From a virus, in IMG/VR virus record IMGVR_UViG_3300047560_001714, positions 32,001 through 96,000 of that record: a stretch of DNA of 64,000 nt; one strand, given 5' to 3'. The position numbers and the translations under genes were made by a program. Positions 1-9,946 of the stretch are shown piece after piece; the stretch's first letter is position 1; the number at the start of each line of letters is the position of its first letter. Below the pieces are notes generated by a model. The model was not told where the DNA came from and did no database searches. It saw only the letters and a program-made list of their open reading frames with translations.

Positions 1-8
1 CTGCTAGA

Positions 9-1736
9 ATGAAATTTATTAAGGAATATTATAATGCAGCGTCGGATGGTCTCTTCACTCTTGCCACTCCTGTTCTTGCTGGTCTTGGAACTCCAACAAA
101 ACAATTTTCTTCTTGCGTCCTTATTAGGAGTGCCGACGATCTTGACAGTATATTTGCTTCTGGTGAGATGATGGCAAAATATGCTAGCAAGCGTGCTGGC
201 ATAGGTTTAGAAGTCGGCAGATTACGTCCACTTGGCTCACCAATTCGTAATGGTGAAATCATGCACACTGGTTACATTCCATTTTTAAAGAAATGGTTAG
301 GTGACCTCAAATCTTGCTCACAGGGCGGAATTCGTAACGCAAGTTGTACGACATTCTACCCAATTTGGCATTACCAATTTGACGACTTAATTGTTCTCAA
401 AAATAACCAAGGAACTGAGGAAACTCGTGTTAGACACCTTGATTACGGGGTTGTCCTATCTGGATTTTTCTGGCGTAGATTTAAAAATCGTGAAAATATC
501 ACATTCTTTGATCCAAACCAAGTACCAGATTTATATGAAGCATTCTATCAAGATTCTAATTTATTTGAGGAACTTTATGTAAAGTATGAAAAACGTAAAG
601 ACCTTCGTAAAAAAACAATGAGTGCCGAGGAGGTATTCAAAGGTGGTGTATTAAAAGAACGCTCTGATACTGGTCGCATTTACTTAGTCAATATTGACAA
701 CGTAATGAACCAAGGTGCGTTTGATCCATTAGTGCATACAGTATACCAATCCAATCTCTGTGTTGAAATTGTATTACCAACCAAACCATTTAAACGGTTA
801 GACGATGCCGATGGGCGTATTGCTTTATGCACGTTGGGAAGTATTAATTGGGGTGCTTTCAGAAACCCAGAAGATATGCGCCGTTCAGCTAGATTGTTAC
901 ACCGCAGTTTAAACAATATCTTAGATTACCAAGATTTCCTAAGTATTCAAAGTGAGCTTAGTAACCTAGAAATTAGACCAATTGGTATTGGTATCACTAA
1001 CTTAGCATACTGGGCAGCTAAACGTAATTACAAATACGGCGAAGCTGATATGCTAGCCGAAGTTAAAACATGGATTGAACATCAAATGTTCTATTTGACT
1101 GAATCTAGTGTTGAATTAGCTGAAGATCGTGGACCGTGTTTACATAGCCATTTGACTCGATATGGACAAGGTATTTTTCCGTGGGAAAATCGTGCCGCTG
1201 GTGTAAATGAGTTAACCGATTTCACACCAGAAATTGACTGGGAACCATTACGCGAAAGAATGAAAAAATCTGGTGTACGCAACGCTGTTAATGGTGCAAT
1301 TGCGCCTGTTGAATCTAGCTCAGTTGTTATCAATTCAACCAATGGTATCGAAATGCCTATGCAATTGATTCAAACAAAAGAATCAAAAGCCGCTTCGTTA
1401 ACACAAGTTGTTCCAGAATTCCATAAACTAAAAAACAAGTATCAATTGTTATGGGACCAAACTGATTGTATAGGTTATTTGAAAACTGCAGCCGTATTAG
1501 CAGCATACATCGACCAAAGTATTTCTACTAATACGTTCTATAATCCAGCACATTTTGAAAATAGAAAAGTCCCAGCAACCCTAATTGCTAAAAACTTAAT
1601 GTTATTCCAAAAATGGGGCGGAAAAACTGTATACTACAGTCTTATCAATAAACAAGGTTCAAAAGCCGATGACGTTGAATTACCAAGCAGTGTTGTTGAT
1701 GATTTTGATGATGATTGTGAAGCATGTAAATTATGA
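9..1736 (+). CDS. nrdA: Ribonucleotide reductase class Ia alpha subunit, 5'-truncated by the window edge
   Basis: TPVLAGLGTPTKQFSSCVL, QSNLCVEI (thiyl Cys), APVESSS and C-terminal DCEACKL motifs; frame is open from the window start. Confidence 0.97.
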   Translation: MKFIKEYYNAASDGLFTLATPVLAGLGTPTKQFSSCVLIRSADDLDSIFASGEMMAKYASKRAGIGLEVGRLRPLGSPIRNGEIMHTGYIPFLKKWLGDLKSCSQGGIRNASCTTFYPIWHYQFDDLIVLKNNQGTEETRVRHLDYGVVLSGFFWRRFKNRENITFFDPNQVPDLYEAFYQDSNLFEELYVKYEKRKDLRKKTMSAEEVFKGGVLKERSDTGRIYLVNIDNVMNQGAFDPLVHTVYQSNLCVEIVLPTKPFKRLDDADGRIALCTLGSINWGAFRNPEDMRRSARLLHRSLNNILDYQDFLSIQSELSNLEIRPIGIGITNLAYWAAKRNYKYGEADMLAEVKTWIEHQMFYLTESSVELAEDRGPCLHSHLTRYGQGIFPWENRAAGVNELTDFTPEIDWEPLRERMKKSGVRNAVNGAIAPVESSSVVINSTNGIEMPMQLIQTKESKAASLTQVVPEFHKLKNKYQLLWDQTDCIGYLKTAAVLAAYIDQSISTNTFYNPAHFENRKVPATLIAKNLMLFQKWGGKTVYYSLINKQGSKADDVELPSSVVDDFDDDCEACKL

Positions 1737-1756
1737 AAACTATATCATAGGATAAT

Positions 1757-2041
1757 ATGAAATTCTTTTCAACCCAAACTCGTCGTGAAGGCGATGTTTT
1801 AAAAATTAACTCAATTTTTACTTGGGGCAGGAGTATCAGCCCAACCAACGAACCAGATGGATGGTACTTTATAGTATCATTCCCATTTGGGATTACTAGA
1901 AACTATACCGACCCATGCACGTTTAAACCAAAGATTGGTAAATGTTATTATACTATTATGTTTAGACGTAGATACAAATATGAACAAATATTTGTAGCTA
2001 AGATGTGGCGACCACTTACACAGGAACTTGCAAATGGATGA
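1757..2041 (+). CDS. Hypothetical protein
   Basis: 94-aa ORF after a GGA SD, between nrdA and nrdB. Confidence 0.5.
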   Translation: MKFFSTQTRREGDVLKINSIFTWGRSISPTNEPDGWYFIVSFPFGITRNYTDPCTFKPKIGKCYYTIMFRRRYKYEQIFVAKMWRPLTQELANG

Positions 2042-2225
2042 CGCAGAAAATTTAGCAGAAATCGCAAAACAATTAAAAGATAAATTAAAATACTGGGGAG
2101 TACCCGATGATTTCTATATAGAAGATGAAGCAAAAGAGTTTATTCTGACTGCACTATCATCGGAAAAGATATCAAGTGTTTACATAGACAAAGACAATGG
2201 ACTTTGCATCGACGAATTTGAATAA
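2028..2225 (+). CDS. Hypothetical protein
   Basis: 65-aa acidic ORF overlapping its neighbours in operon fashion. Confidence 0.5.
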   Translation: MQMDDAENLAEIAKQLKDKLKYWGVPDDFYIEDEAKEFILTALSSEKISSVYIDKDNGLCIDEFE

Positions 2226-2235
2226 AGGAATATAC

Positions 2236-3336
2236 ATGTCAGATCAACAATACGATTTAAATACAAAAACTGATTATCTTCAACGTAAGATGTTCCTTGA
2301 CCCAGCTGGTCCAGTAACCATTCAACGCTTTGAAGAAGTTAAGTACAACAAACTTGCAAAGTTTGAGCAAACTCAACGTGGATTCTTTTGGATTCCAGAA
2401 GAAATCAATTTGTCAAAAGATGCCAATGATTTCAAAGATGCAAGCGACGCGGTTAAACATATTTTTACCAGTAACTTACTACGCCAAACCGCACTAGATA
2501 GTCTACAAGGCCGCGCACCTGTTCAAATTTTCAGTCCAGTTGCTAGTATCCCAGAACTTGAGGCATTAGTATCTATATGGTCGATGTTTGAAACCAACAT
2601 CCATAGTCGTAGTTATAGTCATATTATTAGAAATATCTATTCAATACCAAAAGACGTATTTAATACTATTCACAATACACAAGAAATCATTGATATGGCA
2701 TCTAGTGTTGGTAAATACTATAACAGACTACACAAACTTAATTGTCAAAAAGAATGTGGAATTGATGTTCCTATTAAAGAACATATTAAAGCAATTTGGT
2801 TGGCACTTCATGCAAGTTATGCGTTAGAAGCATTCAGATTTATGGTTTCATTTGCAACTAGTTTAGCAATGGTGGAAAACAAATTATTCATCGGCAATGG
2901 TAATATTATTGCGCTGATCTTACAAGATGAATTATTACATCGAGACTGGACTGCGTTTCTTATTAACCAAGTCATCAAAGAAGATAACAGATTCTTAGAA
3001 ATTAAAGATGAATGCGAAGCTGAGGTATATGGGATGTACATGGATGTTATCCGTGAAGAAAAAGCATGGGCAGATTACCTGTTCCAGAAAGGTCCAGTTA
3101 TTGGACTTAACGCAAACATTTTATGTGATTTTGTTGATTACACCGCTGTTGCAGCATTAAAAGAGGTTGGTATTAAATATTTAGGCACAGCACCTAAAAC
3201 AACACCAATCCCTTGGTTCAATAAGCATAGTGATCCAAGCAAAAAACAAACTGCACTCCAAGAAAGTGAGAGTGTAAACTACGTCATTGGCGTAATGAGC
3301 GACGAACTTGATTACGACGCTCTACCAGCAATATAA
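2236..3336 (+). CDS. nrdB: Ribonucleotide reductase class Ia beta subunit
   Basis: FFWIPEEINLSKD, ETNIHSRSY, EAFRFMVSF, QDELLH, QESESVNY motifs; ATG 2236 follows AAGGAA SD. Confidence 0.97.
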   Translation: MSDQQYDLNTKTDYLQRKMFLDPAGPVTIQRFEEVKYNKLAKFEQTQRGFFWIPEEINLSKDANDFKDASDAVKHIFTSNLLRQTALDSLQGRAPVQIFSPVASIPELEALVSIWSMFETNIHSRSYSHIIRNIYSIPKDVFNTIHNTQEIIDMASSVGKYYNRLHKLNCQKECGIDVPIKEHIKAIWLALHASYALEAFRFMVSFATSLAMVENKLFIGNGNIIALILQDELLHRDWTAFLINQVIKEDNRFLEIKDECEAEVYGMYMDVIREEKAWADYLFQKGPVIGLNANILCDFVDYTAVAALKEVGIKYLGTAPKTTPIPWFNKHSDPSKKQTALQESESVNYVIGVMSDELDYDALPAI

Positions 3337-3345
3337 GGAAATAAT

Positions 3346-3816
3346 ATGGCTAATTTTAAAAGTGAATTACTTGTCGAAAAAAGTAAATTAGAAAAAATGA
3401 TTGCAGAATGTTCTGCAAGCGATGCCGCGTGGGAGCTGCATAGAGTGGCTGGATTAAAAGCCAACTTAGCTGCGTGTGAGAAAAAACTTAAAATTATCGA
3501 AGATGACGCACACCAAGTGGTGGTGGATGAAATGAAATATTTTGTCAACCTTAACCGCGAACTTGATTCAAAATATAGTTGCAGAACCGTTCGTGCATTA
3601 TATGCAATCGCTGAGTGGTGTGAAAAACCACGTTCTCATAGTATCGCTACTTGGTGCCGTGATTTTGCTATGAAAAAAATTCATGCACCAGTTTGCTCGA
3701 TTGGTAAACCACCAGCTGCTAAATACAAGAAACCAGAAATTATTGGTACTATCTCTGATAGGGAAAAAGATGCCCTTATTGCCAGAGATATAATTGATAT
3801 AGTAGCAAAAGGATAA
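3346..3816 (+). CDS. Hypothetical protein
   Basis: 156-aa ORF with AAGGAA SD. Confidence 0.6.
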   Translation: MANFKSELLVEKSKLEKMIAECSASDAAWELHRVAGLKANLAACEKKLKIIEDDAHQVVVDEMKYFVNLNRELDSKYSCRTVRALYAIAEWCEKPRSHSIATWCRDFAMKKIHAPVCSIGKPPAAKYKKPEIIGTISDREKDALIARDIIDIVAKG

Positions 3817-3825
3817 GGAAAAATT

Positions 3826-3993
3826 ATGGCAAAGATTCAAGAAGAAATTTATGTTTTACGTTTAAGCAAATTAGTTAGAGATGATACTAACGATGTATCA
3901 AAAATTGCGGATATCAACTTTAATGATAATATCGCAGCAGTTGCACAAGAATTACTTGGCGCTGGTGTAATGGTTGAAGTGATTAAAGAATAG
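3826..3993 (+). CDS. Small hypothetical protein (MAKIQEEIYVLRLSKLVRD..., 55 aa), not in the ORF track
   Basis: AAGGAA SD, ATG 3826, TAG 3991-3993; fills the gap before glutaredoxin. Confidence 0.65.
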   Translation: MAKIQEEIYVLRLSKLVRDDTNDVSKIADINFNDNIAAVAQELLGAGVMVEVIKE

Positions 3994-4001
3994 AGGGTAA
4001 C

Positions 4002-4241
4002 GTGTCAGAAACCTTTATTATTTGGGGCAAAGATCAATGCCCAATGTGTGACCAAGCAAAGAATTTACTTAAATCAAAAGGTTTAAGTTATGAGGAACGT
4101 AACCTGTCAGCTGGCGTATGGACCAGAGAACAATTATTAGAAGCTGTCCCAGATGCGCGTTCCGTTCCACAAATTTTCGTTAACGAAACCCACCTAGGTG
4201 GGTTTTCAGAATTAAGACAATACTTACAAGAGGCTGTATAA
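4002..4241 (+). CDS. Glutaredoxin
   Basis: CPMC active site, RSVPQIFV and HLGGF motifs; next to nrdAB. Confidence 0.93.
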   Translation: MSETFIIWGKDQCPMCDQAKNLLKSKGLSYEERNLSAGVWTREQLLEAVPDARSVPQIFVNETHLGGFSELRQYLQEAV

Positions 4242-4528
4242 TGTTAATCAATAAAGGTGCGTCAGTTGGTGACGTGGTAACTATGAAATTAGTGTCAGGT
4301 GAGGAATTACTTGGAACATTACGTGAGGAAACTGATTCATACGTCAAGGTTTCTAAACTAAAAGCGCTTACCTCGACCAAAGAAGGGCTTGGTATGATGC
4401 AATATGTTTTAACGGTTGATCCCGAACAAGACATCAAAGTAAATCGTGCAGTAATTATTATGATGGAACCAACTGATAAAGAGTTTGCGTCATCATATAC
4501 TAAAGCAACAACCGGATTGATACTATAA
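4241..4528 (+). CDS. Conserved phage hypothetical protein (possible Sm-like fold)
   Basis: GDVVTMKLVSGEELLG pattern; translationally coupled to glutaredoxin. Confidence 0.6.
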   Translation: MLINKGASVGDVVTMKLVSGEELLGTLREETDSYVKVSKLKALTSTKEGLGMMQYVLTVDPEQDIKVNRAVIIMMEPTDKEFASSYTKATTGLIL

Positions 4529-4830
4529 TGGCGGAGGTTGCGCGTGGTAGTAGCACTGATACTGTAGCAACTGGCCACGGGTGTACAAGTACAACCAAAA
4601 CCGACAAATGCTCAACTAATGTTTTTGCCAATAGCAAAGGTATTTGTCGAAAAGGGGATGCAATTTTATCCCATACCAAACCATCTGGCAATAACTGTGT
4701 ATCTCACAGTGCAAATATATCCGGTGGGTCTAACAATGTGTTTGTAAATAATATAGCATTATCTAGAAAAGGCGATGCCGCTGATTTAGGGTCAATTTCG
4801 TCTGGTAGTGCTAATGTATTCGCAAACTAA
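4528..4830 (+). CDS. PAAR-repeat baseplate spike tip protein
   Basis: ARGSSTDTVATGHGC, GSANVFAN, repeated SxNVFvN motifs. Confidence 0.85.
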   Translation: MAEVARGSSTDTVATGHGCTSTTKTDKCSTNVFANSKGICRKGDAILSHTKPSGNNCVSHSANISGGSNNVFVNNIALSRKGDAADLGSISSGSANVFAN

Positions 4831-4839
4831 ATATTTTTA

Positions 4840-4868
4840 TTGACATACTAATTATATATTAGTATAAT
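4840..4868 (+). promoter_or_regulatory. Sigma70-type promoter
   Basis: TTGACA(4840-45)-17 nt-TATAAT(4863-68), perfect consensus. Confidence 0.85.
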
Positions 4869-4889
4869 TACTAATCATTGGATATTAAA

Positions 4890-5130
4890 TATTTAATGAT
4901 ATAAACTGTTTCGTAAGAAACTAAGATAGATGGACTGAATAGAGGTATCGTTCAGTCCGCGAGTCTTGGCCAATGAAGGAACCCGAAGTCGGGAAGCCAT
5001 ACTCGCCTAAGCATTTAAGTGCAAGTTGAATGCTGATGGAGAAAACGCCACTAACGAAGGGTTAGCAACCTTGGCTGTTATCTCCCTTAATGTAATGTGT
5101 TGCTGTTTTAGAACACACCAAGTGAAAGGA
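4890..5130 (+). ncRNA. Candidate structured 5' leader of rlpA
   Basis: Several hairpins, including GTTTC-gtaa-GAAAC 4908-21, GGACTGAA/TTCAGTCC 4932-58 and AGCATT/AATGCT 5010-34, in a ~260-nt UTR. Confidence 0.45.
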
Positions 5131-5136
5131 GAAAAA

Positions 5137-5715
5137 ATGAAAAATTCACTTATACCACTGGTTATTTCAATCGGTGTTGCTTTACCGTCTGTTGCTTATA
5201 CGAACAATGTTTCTCCAAGCAAACAGATTGAAAATGTTGCACATAAAAAAAGTGCAACCACAAAAAAAGATGTTAAAGCGGTACATAAAAAATTCAAAGT
5301 ACCACATAAACATCATCGACATATCCACAATGCAGTTGTGTCAAAAAGAAAAACCCGCCATCAAGATAAAGTCGCAAGAAAACAACGTGGGCATTCCTTT
5401 AAAGTGGTTGATGCTATTATGGACCCATCTAGTTTATTAGTTGGCACCGCATCATATTATGGTGGTGCGTTCCAAGGTAAAAAAACTGCATCTGGCGAGC
5501 GATTCAATCAAAGAGTTTTGACTGCTGCACATAGAACTATTCCGTTAAACTCATTAGTCGAGGTTACTAATTTGAAAAATAATAAAAAGGTAATTGTTCG
5601 TATTAATGACAGAGGTCCTTGGATTAAAAATAGGATTATCGATTTGTCAAAAGCGTCAGCGGACAGATTAGGAATTGGTGGAATAGCACAAGTTTCATTA
5701 AGAGTTTTAGAATGA
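5137..5715 (+). CDS. rlpA: RlpA-family (double-psi beta-barrel) septal lytic transglycosylase
   Basis: GTASYYG...TASGERFN...TAAHRTIP...VRINDRGP...RIIDLSKASA; signal peptide; AAGGAG SD before ATG 5137. Confidence 0.92.
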   Translation: MKNSLIPLVISIGVALPSVAYTNNVSPSKQIENVAHKKSATTKKDVKAVHKKFKVPHKHHRHIHNAVVSKRKTRHQDKVARKQRGHSFKVVDAIMDPSSLLVGTASYYGGAFQGKKTASGERFNQRVLTAAHRTIPLNSLVEVTNLKNNKKVIVRINDRGPWIKNRIIDLSKASADRLGIGGIAQVSLRVLE

Positions 5716-6767
5716 ATAAATCACTAACTGGCGATTATATAACAGGATACTTAACATTAATAAGTGGATTGTCAATCTCATCAGTTGCTATATATTATTC
5801 GGTAATTGGGTTAGTCAGTATATTTTCATCCGCAGCTATGCCTATTATGATTATGGGCATAGTGTTGGAAATAAGTAAACTCATAGCCACAGTATGGCTT
5901 AAACGTCATTGGTCTGATGGGCCAGTGATGTTTAAGTCATTTTTTATTATAGCTGTTTTAATTTTTATGTTTATCACATCAATGGGGATTTTTGGGTTTT
6001 TATCACGGGCACATTCCGACCAAGCGGTTCCATTTGGTGACACCATAGAAAAAATTGAAATTATCGATGAAAAAATCAAGACACAACAAGAGAATATCAC
6101 TATAGCACGTAAAGCAATTTCCCAAATGAATGAGGCGGTCGATCAAACTATGGCTAGATCCACTTCAGAGGGCGGTGCTGCAAAAGCTATACAAATTCGG
6201 AAAGTTCAAGCAAAAGAACGTATCCAACTACAAAATGATATTACCACCGCACAAAATGAAATTTCAAACTTGCATACATTAAAAGAACCACTAGCGGCAG
6301 CAATGCGTCGAGCGGAAGCTGAGGTGGGTCCAATAAAATATATTGCGGCAATGATATATGGTGATACCTTAGATGCATCACTTTTGGAACATGCTGTTAG
6401 ATGGGTTATAATATTAATTGTTGTGGTATTTGACCCAATGGCTGTGATGTTGTTACTTGCGTGTCAACATACCTTTAATCAAATTCATATTAAGCAACAG
6501 GTGGAAATTCCGACAGTCGAATTACCCAGTATAAAAGCGAAACCTATTGTAAAAGAACCTATTGTACACGAATCAATTGTACAAGAACCAATTACTGAAA
6601 ATGATAGTATTTCTAATGTTTTTATTGACGAAATAGTAAATACAGGTGATGCGTTTCCAATCTCAGCAGAGATTGGCCAAGAGTTTACCAGAATAGATTA
6701 CAATCCACCACGCTCGTTCATATTCAATGGCGATCAATGGGTTGACGCAGAAAATTACAAAGTATAG
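5712..6767 (+). CDS. Membrane protein with long coiled coil
   Basis: Three N-terminal TM segments, a coiled coil, and EVGPIKYIA/IVVVFDPMAV motifs seen in large-phage hypotheticals. Confidence 0.7.
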   Translation: MNKSLTGDYITGYLTLISGLSISSVAIYYSVIGLVSIFSSAAMPIMIMGIVLEISKLIATVWLKRHWSDGPVMFKSFFIIAVLIFMFITSMGIFGFLSRAHSDQAVPFGDTIEKIEIIDEKIKTQQENITIARKAISQMNEAVDQTMARSTSEGGAAKAIQIRKVQAKERIQLQNDITTAQNEISNLHTLKEPLAAAMRRAEAEVGPIKYIAAMIYGDTLDASLLEHAVRWVIILIVVVFDPMAVMLLLACQHTFNQIHIKQQVEIPTVELPSIKAKPIVKEPIVHESIVQEPITENDSISNVFIDEIVNTGDAFPISAEIGQEFTRIDYNPPRSFIFNGDQWVDAENYKV

Positions 6768-6775
6768 AAGGGTTT

Positions 6776-7195
6776 ATGAACTTAGGAAATATCACAATTT
6801 TAACACCACCAGATAAAATATTTAATTTAAATATAAGTTACTTACTGGTAAGTCCATCGATGACTGTTAAACAACAATTCCAAACAATTCTGAGTAAAAT
6901 TCCAGATGCAATAAATGTGTTTATGTACGAATCGGACGAAACAGATATTGATTGGTTGTTAAGTGTCGGAATGATGGCTGATGTTGTTATTATTGACATA
7001 GATAATTGTAACCAAATTACAAAAACATTTATTTCAGTGTTGTTAGCACAACCAAATGTTCATTACATTACAACAGATGAAATAACCCCATACGGTCTAG
7101 TATCCAAGAATAGAATATATAACTTGGACTGGATAGTTGAAAATATAGACGATATTATAGATGAGGATAACGATGATAATCAATCAGAAGACTAG
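6776..7195 (+). CDS. Hypothetical protein
   Basis: 139-aa ORF with SD. Confidence 0.65.
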   Translation: MNLGNITILTPPDKIFNLNISYLLVSPSMTVKQQFQTILSKIPDAINVFMYESDETDIDWLLSVGMMADVVIIDIDNCNQITKTFISVLLAQPNVHYITTDEITPYGLVSKNRIYNLDWIVENIDDIIDEDNDDNQSED

Positions 7196-7403
7196 AACAG
7201 GTGTGTTAGTACGTGAAAGTGATAACATTAACCAATCACTTAGAAAATTCAAAAAGAAAGTTGAGGAATCTGGTAAATTAGATGACTTGCGAAAAAATGA
7301 ATTTTACGAAAAGCCAACCACCACTCGTAAACGTGCCAAAGGCGCGGCTCGTGCTAGACTTAAGAAAAAACTTCTGAAAGAAGCCCTTCCAAAAAAACAT
7401 TGA
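7173..7403 (+). CDS. rpsU: Ribosomal protein bS21
   Basis: VLVRESDNINQSLRKFKKKVEESGKLDDLRKNEFYEKPTTTRKR matches the bS21 pattern. Confidence 0.9.
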   Translation: MIINQKTRTGVLVRESDNINQSLRKFKKKVEESGKLDDLRKNEFYEKPTTTRKRAKGAARARLKKKLLKEALPKKH

Positions 7404-7458
7404 CATATTACATACCCTCTGATAGAATATATTTTTTATATTCATAGAGGGTATTTTT

Positions 7459-7746
7459 ATGGCAACATTAAGCAGTTTTTCCTATACACTAGTTCTAATC
7501 ATCAACAATGTTCAAGGTTCTCCAATATATGCGGAGACTTTAAAAGTATGTGAAACTAACGCAAAAATAATTGTTGAGGCGTTAAAAAAAGATGGTAATC
7601 AACATAGTACTATTAAAACTGTTTGTTTGCCATTGTTTGAAGCAAAGAGCAGAGAACAACAACCGACCACTGCACCAAAAGAAATTAACATATCAAAACA
7701 GCCAATTGTCGCGTTACTATCCAAACCAAACACAATGGTGAAATGA
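7459..7746 (+). CDS. Hypothetical protein
   Basis: 95-aa ORF after a promoter-like TTGACA and a GAGG SD. Confidence 0.5.
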   Translation: MATLSSFSYTLVLIINNVQGSPIYAETLKVCETNAKIIVEALKKDGNQHSTIKTVCLPLFEAKSREQQPTTAPKEINISKQPIVALLSKPNTMVK

Positions 7747-7928
7747 TGTTCATCGCTTTCGTATGGTTGACAATAGGGTTTTGTATCTTATTAAGTGGAT
7801 TGGTTTGCTTGGTCATTGACTATAATAAAAAAATATCATTCCAATTAATACATGCGGGAATCGTGTCAATGATTCTTAGTATTATATACCATTTCTATAT
7901 AGGAGAATACCAAGTATGGATGACATAA
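7743..7928 (+). CDS. Small two-TM membrane protein
   Basis: Two hydrophobic segments. Confidence 0.5.
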   Translation: MMFIAFVWLTIGFCILLSGLVCLVIDYNKKISFQLIHAGIVSMILSIIYHFYIGEYQVWMT

Positions 7929-8476
7929 TGATAGATTTAGAAACATTATCCACTGCTACCAATGCGGCAATATTAACAATCGGGGCGGTTAGATTTAATC
8001 CATATGGTGATGAAACAACAACTCCCGAAATGATCGAATTCTATTATAAAATAGATTTAGATTCGTGCGAAGAATTAGATTTAGATATTGACGAAAATAC
8101 CATCAACTGGTGGGCACGTCAATGCACCGAAGCCAAAGATGAGGCATTCAGTGAGCATAACCGGATTAAACTAGAAGAAGTGTTCAAAGAATTATCGAAA
8201 TTCTGCAAAGGTGCAAAACGAATCTGGTCAAATGGTGCTGGGTTCGATGTTGTAATATGTGAAACAATATTCAAGCGGCTATGCCTTCCAATTCCTTGGA
8301 AATTTTGGAACATTCGTGATTGTAGAACATATTATGATCTAGGAATCGATCCAAAAATGCCAAGTATCACGGCACATAACGCACTTGCTGATGCTAAGGC
8401 ACAAGCAATTGCAATTCAGAATGTCTCGCGTATAATGAAATACGCAAGTTTTAAACCATTACAAAAAAATTCATAA
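7916..8476 (+). CDS. DEDD-family 3'-5' exo(ribo)nuclease (Rv2179c-like)
   Basis: IMIDLETL, WSNGAGFD, HNALADA motifs. Confidence 0.85.
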   Translation: MDDIMIDLETLSTATNAAILTIGAVRFNPYGDETTTPEMIEFYYKIDLDSCEELDLDIDENTINWWARQCTEAKDEAFSEHNRIKLEEVFKELSKFCKGAKRIWSNGAGFDVVICETIFKRLCLPIPWKFWNIRDCRTYYDLGIDPKMPSITAHNALADAKAQAIAIQNVSRIMKYASFKPLQKNS

Positions 8477-8562
8477 AGTTGTTGCATTTTTTACAACAAC
8501 TGGTATAATTTAACCCGTGGAGGATAGACTTCCACGGTTTCTTAACTAAAAGGGGTTCTTTT

Positions 8563-9603
8563 ATGAAAAAATTAAAAACAATCGTCTACATCGGTAGATT
8601 TAGCCCATTTCATAATGGTCACGCAAATACCATTATAGAGGCAATGGAACAATGCGAACAACTAATCATAATCATCGGTTCATCTGATGCGCCACGATCA
8701 TTCAAGAATCCGTGGACATACGAAGAAAGATGGCAAATGATTAGAACTGCAATAACCGATGATCTTGATCTAAGATTTGAAAACATCATTATCAAACGTG
8801 CGGTTGATTACAAATACAACGATACTCGATGGGCAACCCAAATCCAAGATATTGTGTCACAGTTTAATTCCGATGACAAATCAATCGGTATCATTGGGTA
8901 TGAAAAAGACGAATCATCTTTCTACATTAAGATGTTTCCACAATGGAAACGTGTCAATGTTCCAGCATTCGAATCCAACGGGAAAGTAATTAATGGCACC
9001 GATATCAGACAAGTTGTCGAAGAAGGTTGGGATTTTAAAAAAATAGTTGACATTGTTCCATATTCCGTGTATTCTTTCCTTCAACAATACAGTACTTGGC
9101 CTGCAAGAGATAACCTAAAAAAAGAACGGGCTTTTATTAACCTGTATAAAGAACAGTTTAGCAAATGTCCATATCCACCAGTATTTGTCACCGCTGATGC
9201 GATGGTGATTCAAAGCGGTCATGTTCTGATGGTTAAACGAAAAGATTATCCAGGTAAGGGTCTTTGGGCATTACCAGGCGGGTTCTTGAATGCAGGTACC
9301 GATAAAAGTATCGTGGATTGCATGATACGGGAACTAAAAGAGGAAACAAAAATTAAATTACCAGAGGCGGTTTTACGTGGTAATATAATTGACGAACATG
9401 TGTTTGACGCAATCGATAGGTCCGCACGTGGCAGAACTATAACACACGCGTTCTATATCGATTTACCAAACTCAGGCGATTTTCCAAAAATCAAGGGGTC
9501 TGATGATGCTGAAAAAGCTAAATTTATCCCATTACGCGAAGTGGCTAGAAATAAATGTTTTGAGGACCACTTTGATATTATCTCATATTTTACAGGTATC
9601 TAA
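8563..9603 (+). CDS. Bifunctional NMN adenylyltransferase / ADP-ribose pyrophosphatase (NadM-Nudix)
   Basis: GRFSPFHNGH HxGH motif, NPWTYEER, Nudix box GGFL...RELKEET, ARGRTITHAF. Confidence 0.93.
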   Translation: MKKLKTIVYIGRFSPFHNGHANTIIEAMEQCEQLIIIIGSSDAPRSFKNPWTYEERWQMIRTAITDDLDLRFENIIIKRAVDYKYNDTRWATQIQDIVSQFNSDDKSIGIIGYEKDESSFYIKMFPQWKRVNVPAFESNGKVINGTDIRQVVEEGWDFKKIVDIVPYSVYSFLQQYSTWPARDNLKKERAFINLYKEQFSKCPYPPVFVTADAMVIQSGHVLMVKRKDYPGKGLWALPGGFLNAGTDKSIVDCMIRELKEETKIKLPEAVLRGNIIDEHVFDAIDRSARGRTITHAFYIDLPNSGDFPKIKGSDDAEKAKFIPLREVARNKCFEDHFDIISYFTGI

Positions 9604-9605
9604 TT

Positions 9606-9836
9606 ATGGATTTACCCATTGTACTAGCATTATCAATCGCTGCAGTCAGTGCGGTTGGAGTATTGCTGTATCGTTCTAAAATGTTTCACCAAAATCTTTA
9701 CGAAGCAATCATAGTATTATTGTTGCTTATAGCAATAGATTATCTAAGTTACACTAGAACTAGACTTTCTATTGAACAAGCGTTTGCCGATGTAACTATT
9801 TGCGAGAAAAAAGCAGATAACGGTATTAACGCTTAA
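9606..9836 (+). CDS. Small membrane protein
   Basis: Two TM segments. Confidence 0.5.
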   Translation: MDLPIVLALSIAAVSAVGVLLYRSKMFHQNLYEAIIVLLLLIAIDYLSYTRTRLSIEQAFADVTICEKKADNGINA

Positions 9837-9946
9837 TAAAAATCCCGGCAATATTTTTTTGCCGGGTACTTGACAACCTAGTTTGGTTGTTGTAGAATAG
9901 ACACACTTGAAAATGATTTTCAATTACACACATAAAAGGATTTATA

